A stretch of DNA of 64,000 bases, taken from the NCBI GenBank assembly GCA_041946735.1, contig JBHGAY010000003.1, forward strand, positions 32,001-96,000. The letters run 5' to 3'. The position numbers and the translations under genes are program-made. The DNA is from Candidatus Eiseniibacteriota bacterium (lineage in GTDB: Bacteria > Eisenbacteria > RBG-16-71-46 > CAIMUX01 > VGJL01). The notes under the pieces were generated by a model. It searched no databases and was not told where the DNA came from. It saw only the letters and a program-made list of their open reading frames with translations. Shown here in pieces: positions 41,224-50,361 of this stretch (the first letter of the stretch is position 1; each line of letters opens with the position of its first letter).

Positions 41224-42043
41224 CTCGATTCCCGGCTGCCTTCCTCGCTACGAGCGCCGCGGTCCAGTCTCCCGCTTCTGTCGGTCCCTCACGGTACTCG
41301 ATGATCTGGAGTCCGCCCGCCGCTCCCCACAGCTCGCCCGGGCTGAGCAGGAAGGCCGGTCGCCGCGGCCTCCCTCGCCGCCTCGCCTGCTCCTTCAGGA
41401 AGGTCTCGACGAGAAGCCAGCCACCCGGAGCGAGTCGCTGCCCGTAGAGAGGGAAGCTCGGCCGGTGCAGAAAGCGGCTGACGTGGATCATCCCCCAACT
41501 GCCATCCCAGGACCGCGGGTCGCTTTCCAGGTCGGCCACCTTCAAGCGCACGTGGACCCGATGGCGCTCCGCCAGCCGCTCCGCTTGCTCGATCGCCTCC
41601 GGCAGGACGTCGATCGCCGTCGTCTCCGCGCCCTGCATCGCCAGGTGGACCGCGTCACGCCCGCACCCGCACGCGAGGTCGACCGCGTTTCGGCCTGCCG
41701 CCGCCATCCCCCAGACAGCCGCGAGCCGGGACGGCTCCCACGAGGTCGCCGTCTCCGAACCCGATTCCCGCGGACCCGTCCATTCCTTCACCGGACGGTC
41801 GAACCCCCACGCCCGATAGCCGGCCTCGCGAAGACGCTCCACGACGGCGTCGCTCTCTCGAACCGAGTCGCTGGCGACGAGCAGCGGCCGGCGTCGCGGA
41901 GGCCGCAGGAAGGCGATGTCCAGCTCGGCGGCCGACAGCCGGCACGCCCCAGGAAGATGCCACGCGCGAAACGCGTCCGCGGGCCGCAGGTCGATCGTAC
42001 GGAGGGCATTGTGGGGAAGCGGGTGCCGCAAGCCGAAAACCAT
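41135..42043 (-). CDS. Rhodanese-like domain fused to a class I SAM methyltransferase (TehB-like)
   Basis: IDLRP..AF...HLPGA (rhodanese), VDLACGCGRDAVHLA (motif I), RFLHRP, LAPGGWLLVETF; start approximate. Confidence 0.75.
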   Translation of the reverse strand: MVFGLRHPLPHNALRTIDLRPADAFRAWHLPGACRLSAAELDIAFLRPPRRRPLLVASDSVRESDAVVERLREAGYRAWGFDRPVKEWTGPRESGSETATSWEPSRLAAVWGMAAAGRNAVDLACGCGRDAVHLAMQGAETTAIDVLPEAIEQAERLAERHRVHVRLKVADLESDPRSWDGSWGMIHVSRFLHRPSFPLYGQRLAPGGWLLVETFLKEQARRRGRPRRPAFLLSPGELWGAAGGLQIIEYREGPTEAGDWTAALVARKAAGNRDGEDAVDGENRGDGGDGENRDGDGERRTG

Positions 42044-42322
42044 ACCGGTGGGAACCGGTCCGACACTCGCCTGTTCTGCGAGCGATCGTAGCGAAACGCG
42101 TCCGCCTTGAGTGAACGGCAGCTGCGGAGGCTCAGGATGGATCGGGGTGTCGAGTCGTTCGACGAAGCGAGCGACCGAGCGAGCATCGAGAGAGTTCCCG
42201 CCGCCCGGGCCGGTTTCCGGCGTTCGGGCGGCCGTGATATTCTGGCCCCGGGGTTGGAGCATGGTGCGGCTTCTCGCCTCCCGGCCGTGATCGATGGACG
42301 GATCGCCGAGGCGCGGAGGAAC

Positions 42323-43606
42323 ATGGCAGCGACCGTACCGGAGTACAGAGCCCATCCGCTCCTGGATCCGGCGCTCTCCGAATCGGATCCGACCGCCTTT
42401 CGGATGCTCTACAAGGATTACCTGGGCATCCTGCAAGGCTCGGAACGCTACAACGATCTCCTGAACAAGATGCTCCATCCTCCCGGAGAGGAACACCGTC
42501 TCGAGTCCAATCTCGAGACCGGCCGATATTACCTGACCGAAGCGATGCAGTACATCAAGGACCTCCTCGGACTTCTTCCGGAGGAGGCGCGACAGCTCGT
42601 CGAGCCGGTCCCCGAGGTGTGGAACTGCACCGACGTCCTCGAGCTGCTCTCGATGATCTTCGCGAACACCGACCGGCGCACGCGATTCGAGGCGCAGCGC
42701 AAGCTGTACCTCACGAAGCTCTTCTTCGACGTCGACCACTGCCGCGAGGTCCAGAACGGCGTCGCGCACAAGCGCTTCTTCGAGTCGCTGCTCGAGCGCC
42801 ATCTCTTCAACGGCGTCGTGCACCAGCGAAAGCTCGAGGTCTGCTTCGGGATCGGCCAGGACGGCGTGTCGATCGACTATTGGATCGGAAAGGGAGGCGG
42901 AGCGGGCCCCGGAGAGGAGTGCTGGACCTTCGATCTTCAAGAGATCCAGATGCTCCACCAGGGCTGGCCGATCCGCCTGCACGTCTATTTCTACTCGTGC
43001 CGTTTCAAGAAGGAGATCATTCCGTTCCAGTACCAGCGCGGAGGGACGCACTACTCGATCCTCCCGACGGAGATCTGGAGCGGCCTCTCCCACCGCCGCA
43101 ACGGATCGATCGTCAGCAAGATGATCCGCAAGGGGGTGAACGATCCCCGACAGATCCAGGACTTGATCGGAGCGATGTTCATCGTCCAGAACCTCGTCGA
43201 GGTCGAACACCTCAAGGAGATCCTCGTCAACCTCTTCGGCGGTCCGTTCAGAATGAAGAACATCGTCGACACACTGAGCGACAAGGGGCAGAAGGTCCTG
43301 CTCAATCCGTACGCCGGATTCGGGTACGAGGTGTTCAAGTGCGAGCTGGACGTCCTCTACCGTCCGCCGCATGCCCCCGATTCACTCCCTTACTTCTTCC
43401 CGGTCGAGCTGCAGATCTATACGCTCGAAACCTACCTGCGGACGATCCATACCGAGCATTACGCGAGCCATCAAGCCTTGAAGAAGCGCCAGTTCCTGAT
43501 CGGCCTCGTGCCCTATCTGTTCCCCGTCTCCGTCTATGGAGAGCTGCCGGTGCGGCTGTGCATGGAGGAAGGGACGCGGGTCGGCTCCAACGGCGGGGGC
43601 CGCTGA
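42323..43606 (+). CDS. Uncharacterised protein with a RelA/SpoT synthetase-like (nucleotidyltransferase) C-terminal half
   Basis: GGAGG RBS; SIVSKMIRK, IQDLIG, GY, PVELQIYT, SH..LKKRQ in synthetase motif order; strong coding-like composition. Confidence 0.65.
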   Translation: MAATVPEYRAHPLLDPALSESDPTAFRMLYKDYLGILQGSERYNDLLNKMLHPPGEEHRLESNLETGRYYLTEAMQYIKDLLGLLPEEARQLVEPVPEVWNCTDVLELLSMIFANTDRRTRFEAQRKLYLTKLFFDVDHCREVQNGVAHKRFFESLLERHLFNGVVHQRKLEVCFGIGQDGVSIDYWIGKGGGAGPGEECWTFDLQEIQMLHQGWPIRLHVYFYSCRFKKEIIPFQYQRGGTHYSILPTEIWSGLSHRRNGSIVSKMIRKGVNDPRQIQDLIGAMFIVQNLVEVEHLKEILVNLFGGPFRMKNIVDTLSDKGQKVLLNPYAGFGYEVFKCELDVLYRPPHAPDSLPYFFPVELQIYTLETYLRTIHTEHYASHQALKKRQFLIGLVPYLFPVSVYGELPVRLCMEEGTRVGSNGGGR

Positions 43607-43649
43607 AAGTCTCCAGGCTGGCAGGTCTTCATGCCGGAAAGTCTCTCCA

Positions 43650-44440
43650 GGATCGGTCGCAGAGCGGTATCCCCGAATCCTGCGTGATCGATTGCCAGGG
43701 GAGCGAAAGGGAACCGCACCGAGCTTCTCGATCGTGTCGTCCGAGACGCGGGCGGCGCAACTGATCGGGGTGCAGATCCGGGGCGGACATGCGAGCGAGG
43801 GCGGGGCGATCCGGATCGCGCAGGGCGCGGCCCCGCCTCGCAGGACCGCGGAGGCGCCATCGCATGAGACGAGACGGTCGTCGAGGAATGCGCGTTCCTA
43901 CGGAATGTCTCCGGGACGGGAGGAGCGATCCTCTGTGATGGCAATACGCGCCTGCTTCGCTGCATCTTCTACGAGAATTCGGCCGGATACGGGGGCGCGG
44001 CCGCCTCGAGAAGCTACCCGCGGATCGAATCCTGCACGTTCGCTAGGAATGCGGCGCCGCTCGGCTCCAGCCTCTACCTTGCCGATGTGGGTCTCGCGAC
44101 CGTCACCCATTCGATTCTCGCCTTCTCGACCGAAGGGAGCGCGATCGCGTTCGAGAGCGACCGCGCCAGCGCGAACCTCGACTGCTCCGACATCTTCGGG
44201 AACGCCGGAGGCGACTGGGTCGGGCCTTTGGCCGACCAGGTCGGTGCCAGCGGCAACATCGCGGAGGATCCGCTCTTCTGCGATGTCCTGGTACCGGACC
44301 TGCACCTGCGGAGCGACTCGCCTTGCGCGCCCGATGCCAACCCGGATTGCGGAGGAATCGGCGCTCTACCGGTCGCCTGCGAGCCGCCGACGGCGCTGCA
44401 ACGAGTGACCTGGGGCAAACTCCGCGCTCTTTCACGCTGA
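43650..44440 (+). pseudogene. Degraded right-handed beta-helix secreted protein with C-terminal TWGxL(R/K)A tail
   Basis: SQSGIPESCVIDCQGSEREPHR / frameshift near 43723 / FSIV...GGAIRI / second shift / GGAIA* (TGA 43865) ...CAFLRN..GGAILC...CIFYENSA..GGA...CTFARN...DPLFC...SPC...TWGKLRALSR; no start or signal peptide. Confidence 0.8.
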
Positions 44441-44562
44441 TCCGCTTGGATCGACGGCCCGCGCCCTGCTCCGCCGCTACGACTCACCAGGCGAGTCGGG
44501 GCGGCGCGGCACGAAATGGCTGCCCGTCAGGAGGCGGCTCGCGGACGAGGCGGGGGAGGCCC

Positions 44563-46272
44563 TCAGCCCTCCGCCTCGCGCCGCTCGACGAGCAGCAGCG
44601 TGATGTCGTCGTTGGCGGGGGAGTCGGCGAGAAACGCGCGGACGTCGGCAAGGAGCGACTCGCCAACGCCGTCGATCTCGGCTTCTCTCTCGCGTGCGCG
44701 CTTCAGCTGCTCCTCCACCCGTTCGTCGCCGTAGAACTCCTCGCGCGCGTACGCCTCCGGGATGCCGTCCGACATGATCGAGAGGAGCGCCCCCGGCGGG
44801 ATCTCCGTGGAGACCTGCTCGAAGGTCGAGTCGGCGAGCAGGCCGAGTGGCGGACCGGTCGTGTCGAGAGTGCACGTCGAACCGTCCTGTAGCAGGAGAA
44901 GGGGAGGGACGTGTCCGGCGTTGACGTAAGTGAGCCGGTGCGAGCGGGGATCCAGCCTGCCGAAGAAGAGCGTCACGAAGGAATGTTCCGCCGAGGACGC
45001 GAGAAGCTGCCGGTGAAGCCTTGCGATCACCTGCTCGGGCGGCAGCGACTCCTCCGCGAGCAGACGAAGAGCGGCCATCACGTGCGCCATCAGAATCGCG
45101 GCCCCGACCCCTTTGCCGCTGACATCCCCGAGCGCGATGCCTAGCGATCCATCCTCGAATAGGAAGGCGTCGTAGAGGTCGCCGCCGACCTCGTAGCAGG
45201 GGTGCAGCGTCGCGTGCAGAGCGTAGCCGGGCAGGACGGGGAGCGCCGAGGGGAGCAGCTCGCGCTGGATCAGCGCCGCCGCCTGCATCTGCTGCTCCAT
45301 GCGCTGCTTCTCGCGCTCCGCCTCCAGCAGCCGGGCATGCGTGATCTTCATCGCCGTCAGGTTCGCCAGGAGGGTGAAGGAGCGAAGCTGGTCCTGGTCG
45401 TAGCGGAAGAGCGGGTCACTCGCGTCGGCGTACAGCAGGCCCAGAACCCGCTCGTTGTCGAAGAGGGGAGCGACGAGCGCCGATCGCACCGCCTGGAGGA
45501 CGATGCTCTCCTTCCCGGCGAAGCGAGGATCCTGCTGGGCGTCGGAGAGGAGGAACGACCGGCGGTCCTCGAGGACGGAGCGGACGAGGGTGCTGCTGAG
45601 CAACAGGCCTTCCGCCGTGGTCCCGGCGGGCCGCACGGCGCGAACGATCGGCTCCTTCCCCTCCTGCTCGGAGAGGAGCAGGAGGATCCGCCTCGCCGGG
45701 ATCGCCCGCTCGGCAACGTCGAGGACCGAATCGAACACCTGGTCGATCGGAAGCGGCCGCATGAGAAGATCGCCCGCGTCGATGATAGCGCGCAGCAGGC
45801 GGTCGGTGGCGCGCGCGTGCGCCTCCGGCTCCATCCTGCCGGCGCCCGCCTCCTCCTTGCCGCGGAACTCCTCCCATCGCATTGCGGCCGGGGACACGTA
45901 GGTGAGGAACGACTCGGCGGGCCGAGCGATCATCGGGCCGCCGCCGTCGCTGCGCGCCGCGCGGTCAGCGCCCTCCTCCCCCCGGTCCAACTCGAGACGC
46001 AGCTCCACCGCGCCGATGCGGATCCGGTCGCCCGGGCGTAACTGGACGCCCCCCTCGATCTTTCGGTCGTTCACCCAGGTGCCGTTGCGACTCCCCAGGT
46101 CGCGGATGACGATCTCGTCGCCTTGCACCTGCAGTTCCGCGTGCCGCGCGGACACCCGGGGATCCGCGAGGCGAACGTCGCTTTCCGCGGCGCGCCCCAC
46201 GTGGTGCATTCCGTCCTCGCCTGGGAGGCACGCCACCTCCTCGCCCTGCCGGCCCCGCAAGATCCAGCGCAT
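44563..46272 (-). CDS. FHA-GAF-PP2C (SpoIIE/RsbU-like) serine phosphatase
   Basis: FHA VGR...VSARHA...DLGSRNGTWVN; GAF; VGGDLYD, GDVSGKG, YVNAGH, SDGIPE, DDITL; GGAGG RBS. Confidence 0.92.
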   Translation of the reverse strand: MRWILRGRQGEEVACLPGEDGMHHVGRAAESDVRLADPRVSARHAELQVQGDEIVIRDLGSRNGTWVNDRKIEGGVQLRPGDRIRIGAVELRLELDRGEEGADRAARSDGGGPMIARPAESFLTYVSPAAMRWEEFRGKEEAGAGRMEPEAHARATDRLLRAIIDAGDLLMRPLPIDQVFDSVLDVAERAIPARRILLLLSEQEGKEPIVRAVRPAGTTAEGLLLSSTLVRSVLEDRRSFLLSDAQQDPRFAGKESIVLQAVRSALVAPLFDNERVLGLLYADASDPLFRYDQDQLRSFTLLANLTAMKITHARLLEAEREKQRMEQQMQAAALIQRELLPSALPVLPGYALHATLHPCYEVGGDLYDAFLFEDGSLGIALGDVSGKGVGAAILMAHVMAALRLLAEESLPPEQVIARLHRQLLASSAEHSFVTLFFGRLDPRSHRLTYVNAGHVPPLLLLQDGSTCTLDTTGPPLGLLADSTFEQVSTEIPPGALLSIMSDGIPEAYAREEFYGDERVEEQLKRAREREAEIDGVGESLLADVRAFLADSPANDDITLLLVERREAEG

Positions 46273-46473
46273 CGGTCCTCCTCCGTCGAAGGTTCGTGGG
46301 GGGGATGGTACGCCACTCGATCGGCTTGTGGGCGGGTCTCCGGTGAACCCGTCCCGGCGCCTTTGCAGGCATTTCCCGAACCGGACGGCCGCGACCACGC
46401 AGGCGCTTCCCGCCCAGGAAAAGCGAGCGTCGCGTGCCTATTTGCAGTGACGCGGGCGCGAGGCGACTCGCGA

Positions 46474-48588
46474 CTACGACTCGGAATCGCGCGGGCCCGA
46501 GTCACGCGGTGGGCTCGAGTCATGCTCCGCGCTCGAATCGCGCCCGCCTGCCGGACGTCCGCCGCCCGCACGATCCCCGGCACCGCCCGCACGATCCTCC
46601 GGCGCGCGCTCCCGCGGCTCAGCCGCGGCGGCCGGCGGGAACTCGATCGCCCCCGCTTCGGCAAGCGTGCCGTGCTTGTGGATCGCGTGCTCGACCGGAG
46701 TCTTCCCGTCGAGGAAGGCGAGGTTCAGCGGTTGCACCTCGGGGTGGAAGATCACGTAGAAAAAGTGCCAGACGAGAATTGCGAGGAAGGCGAGCCACGC
46801 TTCGTAGTAATGGACGACTTCCGAGACCTCGAAGATCCAGCCCGGCAGATAGCGCGTGAAGAAGGTCGGGAACCAGAGGACGAAGCCGGTAAACACCATC
46901 ACGGCCGTCCCCCAGATGAGCGCGAGATACTCCGCCTTCTCCGTGTAGTCGTATCGAGCGAAGAGCGGCCGCTCCTTCGTCTTGTGCAGGTGGAAGGCCA
47001 GGTTCTGCTTGAAGTCGCGCACGTCCCGGAGCTTCGGGAGGATGGCGACAACCTCCTGCCGCCCGCGCCTGGTAAACAGGAAGAAGCCGACCTGCGCCAG
47101 CGCCGAGGCGATCATGACGACCGCCGCTCCCCGGTGGACGATCCCGCGCACCGCCTCGGACATTCCGAGCTTCTCTGTGATGCGCACCCATCCCGAGTCG
47201 GCGAACTTCAGCGCGAACCCGGTGAAGACGAGGATGAAGAAGGACGCCAGCAGCAGGAAGTGCTGCACCGTCTCGAAGGGGGTGAAGCGGCGAACCATCG
47301 CCTGCCGCTTCTCGCGCCTCCGCTTCTCGACGACGTAGTAGATCCAGACGATCGCGTTGTGCGCGAGCATTCCTCCGATCACGACGATCAGGAGGATGAT
47401 GTAGATCTCGCGCGCGATCTGCCGCGGAGTCTTCGGCCCCGGCAGGCCCTGCCCTGAGATCGTCGGGTGGACATTGATCGACGCGAAGCGTTCCGTCGCG
47501 TCGGGATGGCAGGTGCCGCAAGTCTGCTGCAGGTTGGCCGGATTGACCGTCGAGCGCGGGTCGGAACTGGCGAAGATGTTGTGGATGCCGTGGCAGGAGG
47601 CGCAGTTCGCGACGTCGAGCGCCCCCTTGCGCGTCGCGAGCCCGTGATAGGTCTGCTGATAGGAGGCGATCCTCGTCGCATCGAATCCGTAACGCTGCCC
47701 GAGGATCTGCGAAGCGTGGCAACGCGTGCAGGTCGTGCGCGCGATGTTCGCCGGGAACACGGTCGATCGCGGATCGGTCGGCGGCAGGATCTCGTGCTCT
47801 CCATGGCAGTCGATGCAGACGGGGGAGTCGCTGACGCCGCTCATCGCCGCCTGCCCGTGGATCGACTCGAGATAGACCGACGCGATCTCTCCGTGGCAGT
47901 TGCCGCAGAGGCTTGGAATGTTCGTCCGGGCCACCGTGCTCGCGGGATTCGTGGGACGCAACATCTCGTGAGCGGGATGGCAGAAGCTGCAGGTCGGCGC
48001 CGCCGGATTGTTGTCGATGAGAAGCGCCCGGCCGTGAACGCTTCGCTGGTACGCCTCGACCGGCGCTTCGATCCGGATGTCGTACTTCTTCACCAGCTCG
48101 GGGTTCGCGTGGCAGCGCGCGCAGGTCCGGACGACCCGCATCGGATGCACCCAGGACGAGTCGTTGCCGGCCGGGAGGATGCCGTGGCTGCCGTGGCAAT
48201 CGGCGCAGCGCGGCGCGTCCGGGTTTCCCTGGGCGACCGCCTCACCGTGGATGCTCCCCGCGAACGTCGCCTGGACGTCCCCGTGGCACATGCCGCAGTC
48301 CACCGGCGCGAGGTCGTCCGCATGGGGAATCTCGGTCGCGTCGGCATGGCAGTCCGTGCAGCCGAATCCGGCGTGGACCGAGTTGGCGAGCTGCTGCTCG
48401 TCGACGCCGAGACTCACCTCCCGGCCGTCCGGCAACGTCTTCGTCAGGCTCGGATCGGAATGGCAGGCCAGACACTCCTCGTTCGTGACGCCCCACGCCA
48501 CTCCCGCCACGAGGAAGGAGACGGCGATGAGCAAGCCGGCGAGCCGGAGTGCGGCGCTTCGATGCGGAGAGATGCGGGACCGCGACAA
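46474..48588 (-). CDS. Multiheme cytochrome c (11 CxxCH) fused to a cytochrome b membrane domain, CbcL-like quinol:cytochrome oxidoreductase
   Basis: Signal peptide; CLACH, CTDCH, CGMCH, CADCH, CARCH, CSFCH, CGNCH, CIDCH, CTRCH, CASCH, CGTCH; C-terminal TMs with QH, VHR, EKAEYLALIWG, VHYYEAWLA..WHF. Confidence 0.88.
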   Translation of the reverse strand: MSRSRISPHRSAALRLAGLLIAVSFLVAGVAWGVTNEECLACHSDPSLTKTLPDGREVSLGVDEQQLANSVHAGFGCTDCHADATEIPHADDLAPVDCGMCHGDVQATFAGSIHGEAVAQGNPDAPRCADCHGSHGILPAGNDSSWVHPMRVVRTCARCHANPELVKKYDIRIEAPVEAYQRSVHGRALLIDNNPAAPTCSFCHPAHEMLRPTNPASTVARTNIPSLCGNCHGEIASVYLESIHGQAAMSGVSDSPVCIDCHGEHEILPPTDPRSTVFPANIARTTCTRCHASQILGQRYGFDATRIASYQQTYHGLATRKGALDVANCASCHGIHNIFASSDPRSTVNPANLQQTCGTCHPDATERFASINVHPTISGQGLPGPKTPRQIAREIYIILLIVVIGGMLAHNAIVWIYYVVEKRRREKRQAMVRRFTPFETVQHFLLLASFFILVFTGFALKFADSGWVRITEKLGMSEAVRGIVHRGAAVVMIASALAQVGFFLFTRRGRQEVVAILPKLRDVRDFKQNLAFHLHKTKERPLFARYDYTEKAEYLALIWGTAVMVFTGFVLWFPTFFTRYLPGWIFEVSEVVHYYEAWLAFLAILVWHFFYVIFHPEVQPLNLAFLDGKTPVEHAIHKHGTLAEAGAIEFPPAAAAEPRERAPEDRAGGAGDRAGGGRPAGGRDSSAEHDSSPPRDSGPRDSES

Positions 48589-48643
48589 CGCTTCGTTCCT
48601 CTCGTTGAAAAATGGTTTCGGTCGCCTGACCGCCCCTGGTCCC

Positions 48644-50071
48644 TTACGGGAAGAGGGTCTTCAGGACTTCGGGATTCTCCTCCTCCATCGCCAGGAGGCT
48701 GTGACAGGTCGAGCAGTCCTGGGAGATCGTAGCGCCGTCCTTCGAGACGTGCTCCTCGTCGTGACAGCGAAAGCAGCCGACGAAATCGGTATGGCCGATA
48801 TGGTCGGGATAGGTTCCCCACTCGACCTTCATCTCAGGGAAGACGTACGTCGACCAGATGCCGGCGGCGGCGGCCGCGGCGGTTTCGATCTTCTTTGCGT
48901 CGGCTTCGAAGAGAGCCGGGTAGTTCGTCCGGTAGAAGTCGACGAGACGGGAGCGGATGGAGTTCACGGCCGTCTCGCGGTCGGGGTAGCTCTCGCCGAT
49001 CGCCGCCAGCGCCTCGCGCTTCAGGTAGGGGAGGTCGTTCGGGAGGCTCCCGTCGTCCATCGCGAGGTCGAGGGCGCGCGCCGGCAGCCGGTAGATGTGC
49101 GTGGGACGGTTGTGGCAGTCGATGCAGTCCATCAGTCGGACCGGCCTCGCCGCGATCGAGTCGGGGACCTCTCCCTGCACGTACTCGGCCGACGTGCCGT
49201 CGCGCCGCTCCACCTTCACCCAGGGGATCTTCTCCCGCGACTCGTCGGAGCGGTAGTAGACGCGGTTGTAGATGTGCGAGTGGATGCCGCGGCCGACTCC
49301 CTCCTCGGGCGTCCCGCCGCCGATCTTCAGCAGCAGGACGGTCTTCAGCGGCGTGTTCGTCGAGTCCTCCTGGTAGTGCGTGATCACCTGGACCTTGTCG
49401 CCGTGGAACTTCTCCGGCCAGTGGCATTGCTCGCACGTGTCCCGCGAGGGGCGGAGGTTCTCGATCGGCGTTTCGATCGGCGTCGGCCACGTCCCGAACG
49501 CCTGCTTGAACACCTGGCGCGTCCCGGAGAGCTTGCTCCTCACGAACCAGGACGCCCCGCGCCCGATGTGGCAGTCGACGCAACGCACCCGGGAATGCGG
49601 CGAGATCTGGTAGACGGTGTACTCCGGCCGCATGACCGGATGGCAGGTCGCGCCACAGAAGGAGACCGAGTCCATGTACTCGATCCCCTTGTAGGAGGCG
49701 ATCGCGAGGATCGTCAGGTTCAGGGCCGTGAGCATTCCGATCAGCAGCAGGCGGTTGCGCACGTCCGGACGGTTCAGGTCGTAGACCGGGAAGGCTTCCA
49801 ACGCCTCGGGATGGCGGGCGGCCCGGCGCCGGTCCAGCCACGAGCCGAAAGGGATCATCAGCAGACCGAGGATGAAGAGCGCCGGCAGGATGAGGAAGGT
49901 CACCATCCCGAGATAGGGATTCGCCTGGAAACCGAGCGCCGAGGAGACGAGGAGCACCAGCAGCAGCACACCGGAGAGGGTGGTCAGGTTGACGCCGATG
50001 AAGCCGAGAGGGTGCTTGGTCGTTCTCAGGAAGAAGTCACGGACGGCACGAAACAAAGAAGACATCGACAT
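48644..50071 (-). CDS. NapC/NirT-family membrane multiheme cytochrome, ImcH-like (6 heme motifs)
   Basis: 3 N-terminal TMs (NPYLG), FCGATCH (CX3CH), CVDCHIG, CEQCHWP, CIDCHNRPTH, CFRCH, CSTCH; FPEMKVEWG. Confidence 0.88.
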   Translation of the reverse strand: MSMSSLFRAVRDFFLRTTKHPLGFIGVNLTTLSGVLLLVLLVSSALGFQANPYLGMVTFLILPALFILGLLMIPFGSWLDRRRAARHPEALEAFPVYDLNRPDVRNRLLLIGMLTALNLTILAIASYKGIEYMDSVSFCGATCHPVMRPEYTVYQISPHSRVRCVDCHIGRGASWFVRSKLSGTRQVFKQAFGTWPTPIETPIENLRPSRDTCEQCHWPEKFHGDKVQVITHYQEDSTNTPLKTVLLLKIGGGTPEEGVGRGIHSHIYNRVYYRSDESREKIPWVKVERRDGTSAEYVQGEVPDSIAARPVRLMDCIDCHNRPTHIYRLPARALDLAMDDGSLPNDLPYLKREALAAIGESYPDRETAVNSIRSRLVDFYRTNYPALFEADAKKIETAAAAAAGIWSTYVFPEMKVEWGTYPDHIGHTDFVGCFRCHDEEHVSKDGATISQDCSTCHSLLAMEEENPEVLKTLFP

Positions 50072-50268
50072 CTCTCCTGCGGATCGGATTCCGCGGCCGG
50101 TCCTCGATCCCCCTTCGCCATTCCGATCTCGCCTCGAGGCATGCCGCCGTCCGATCGGACGAGGCCGCCTCGAGGCGCGCCGGTCGCTTCGCTGTCGTAT
50201 CCGCTGGATCGGTCGCCCGATCGCTGATCACTCGGTCACTTGCGATCGGTCCACCGGAGCGGATCGAT

Positions 50269-50340
50269 CGCCGCCGGCCGTCCCGCCGGCCGTGTGGCCG
50301 GCCGTCTTGCCGGCCTTCTCGCCAGCCGACTCACGGCCGA
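50269..50340. repeat. Degenerate 12 bp-period GCCGGCCG tandem tract
   Basis: gccggccgtccc/gccggccgtgtg/gccggccgtctt/gccggccttctc/gccagccgactc. Confidence 0.7.
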
Positions 50341-50361
50341 TTCCGCCCTTGTCAGGCCCTC

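Noticed and set aside
43865..43867. In-frame TGA as selenocysteine or recoded stop
   Set aside because: It comes with frameshifts and a missing 5' end, and TGA is used as a normal stop throughout the window, so decay is the simpler explanation.
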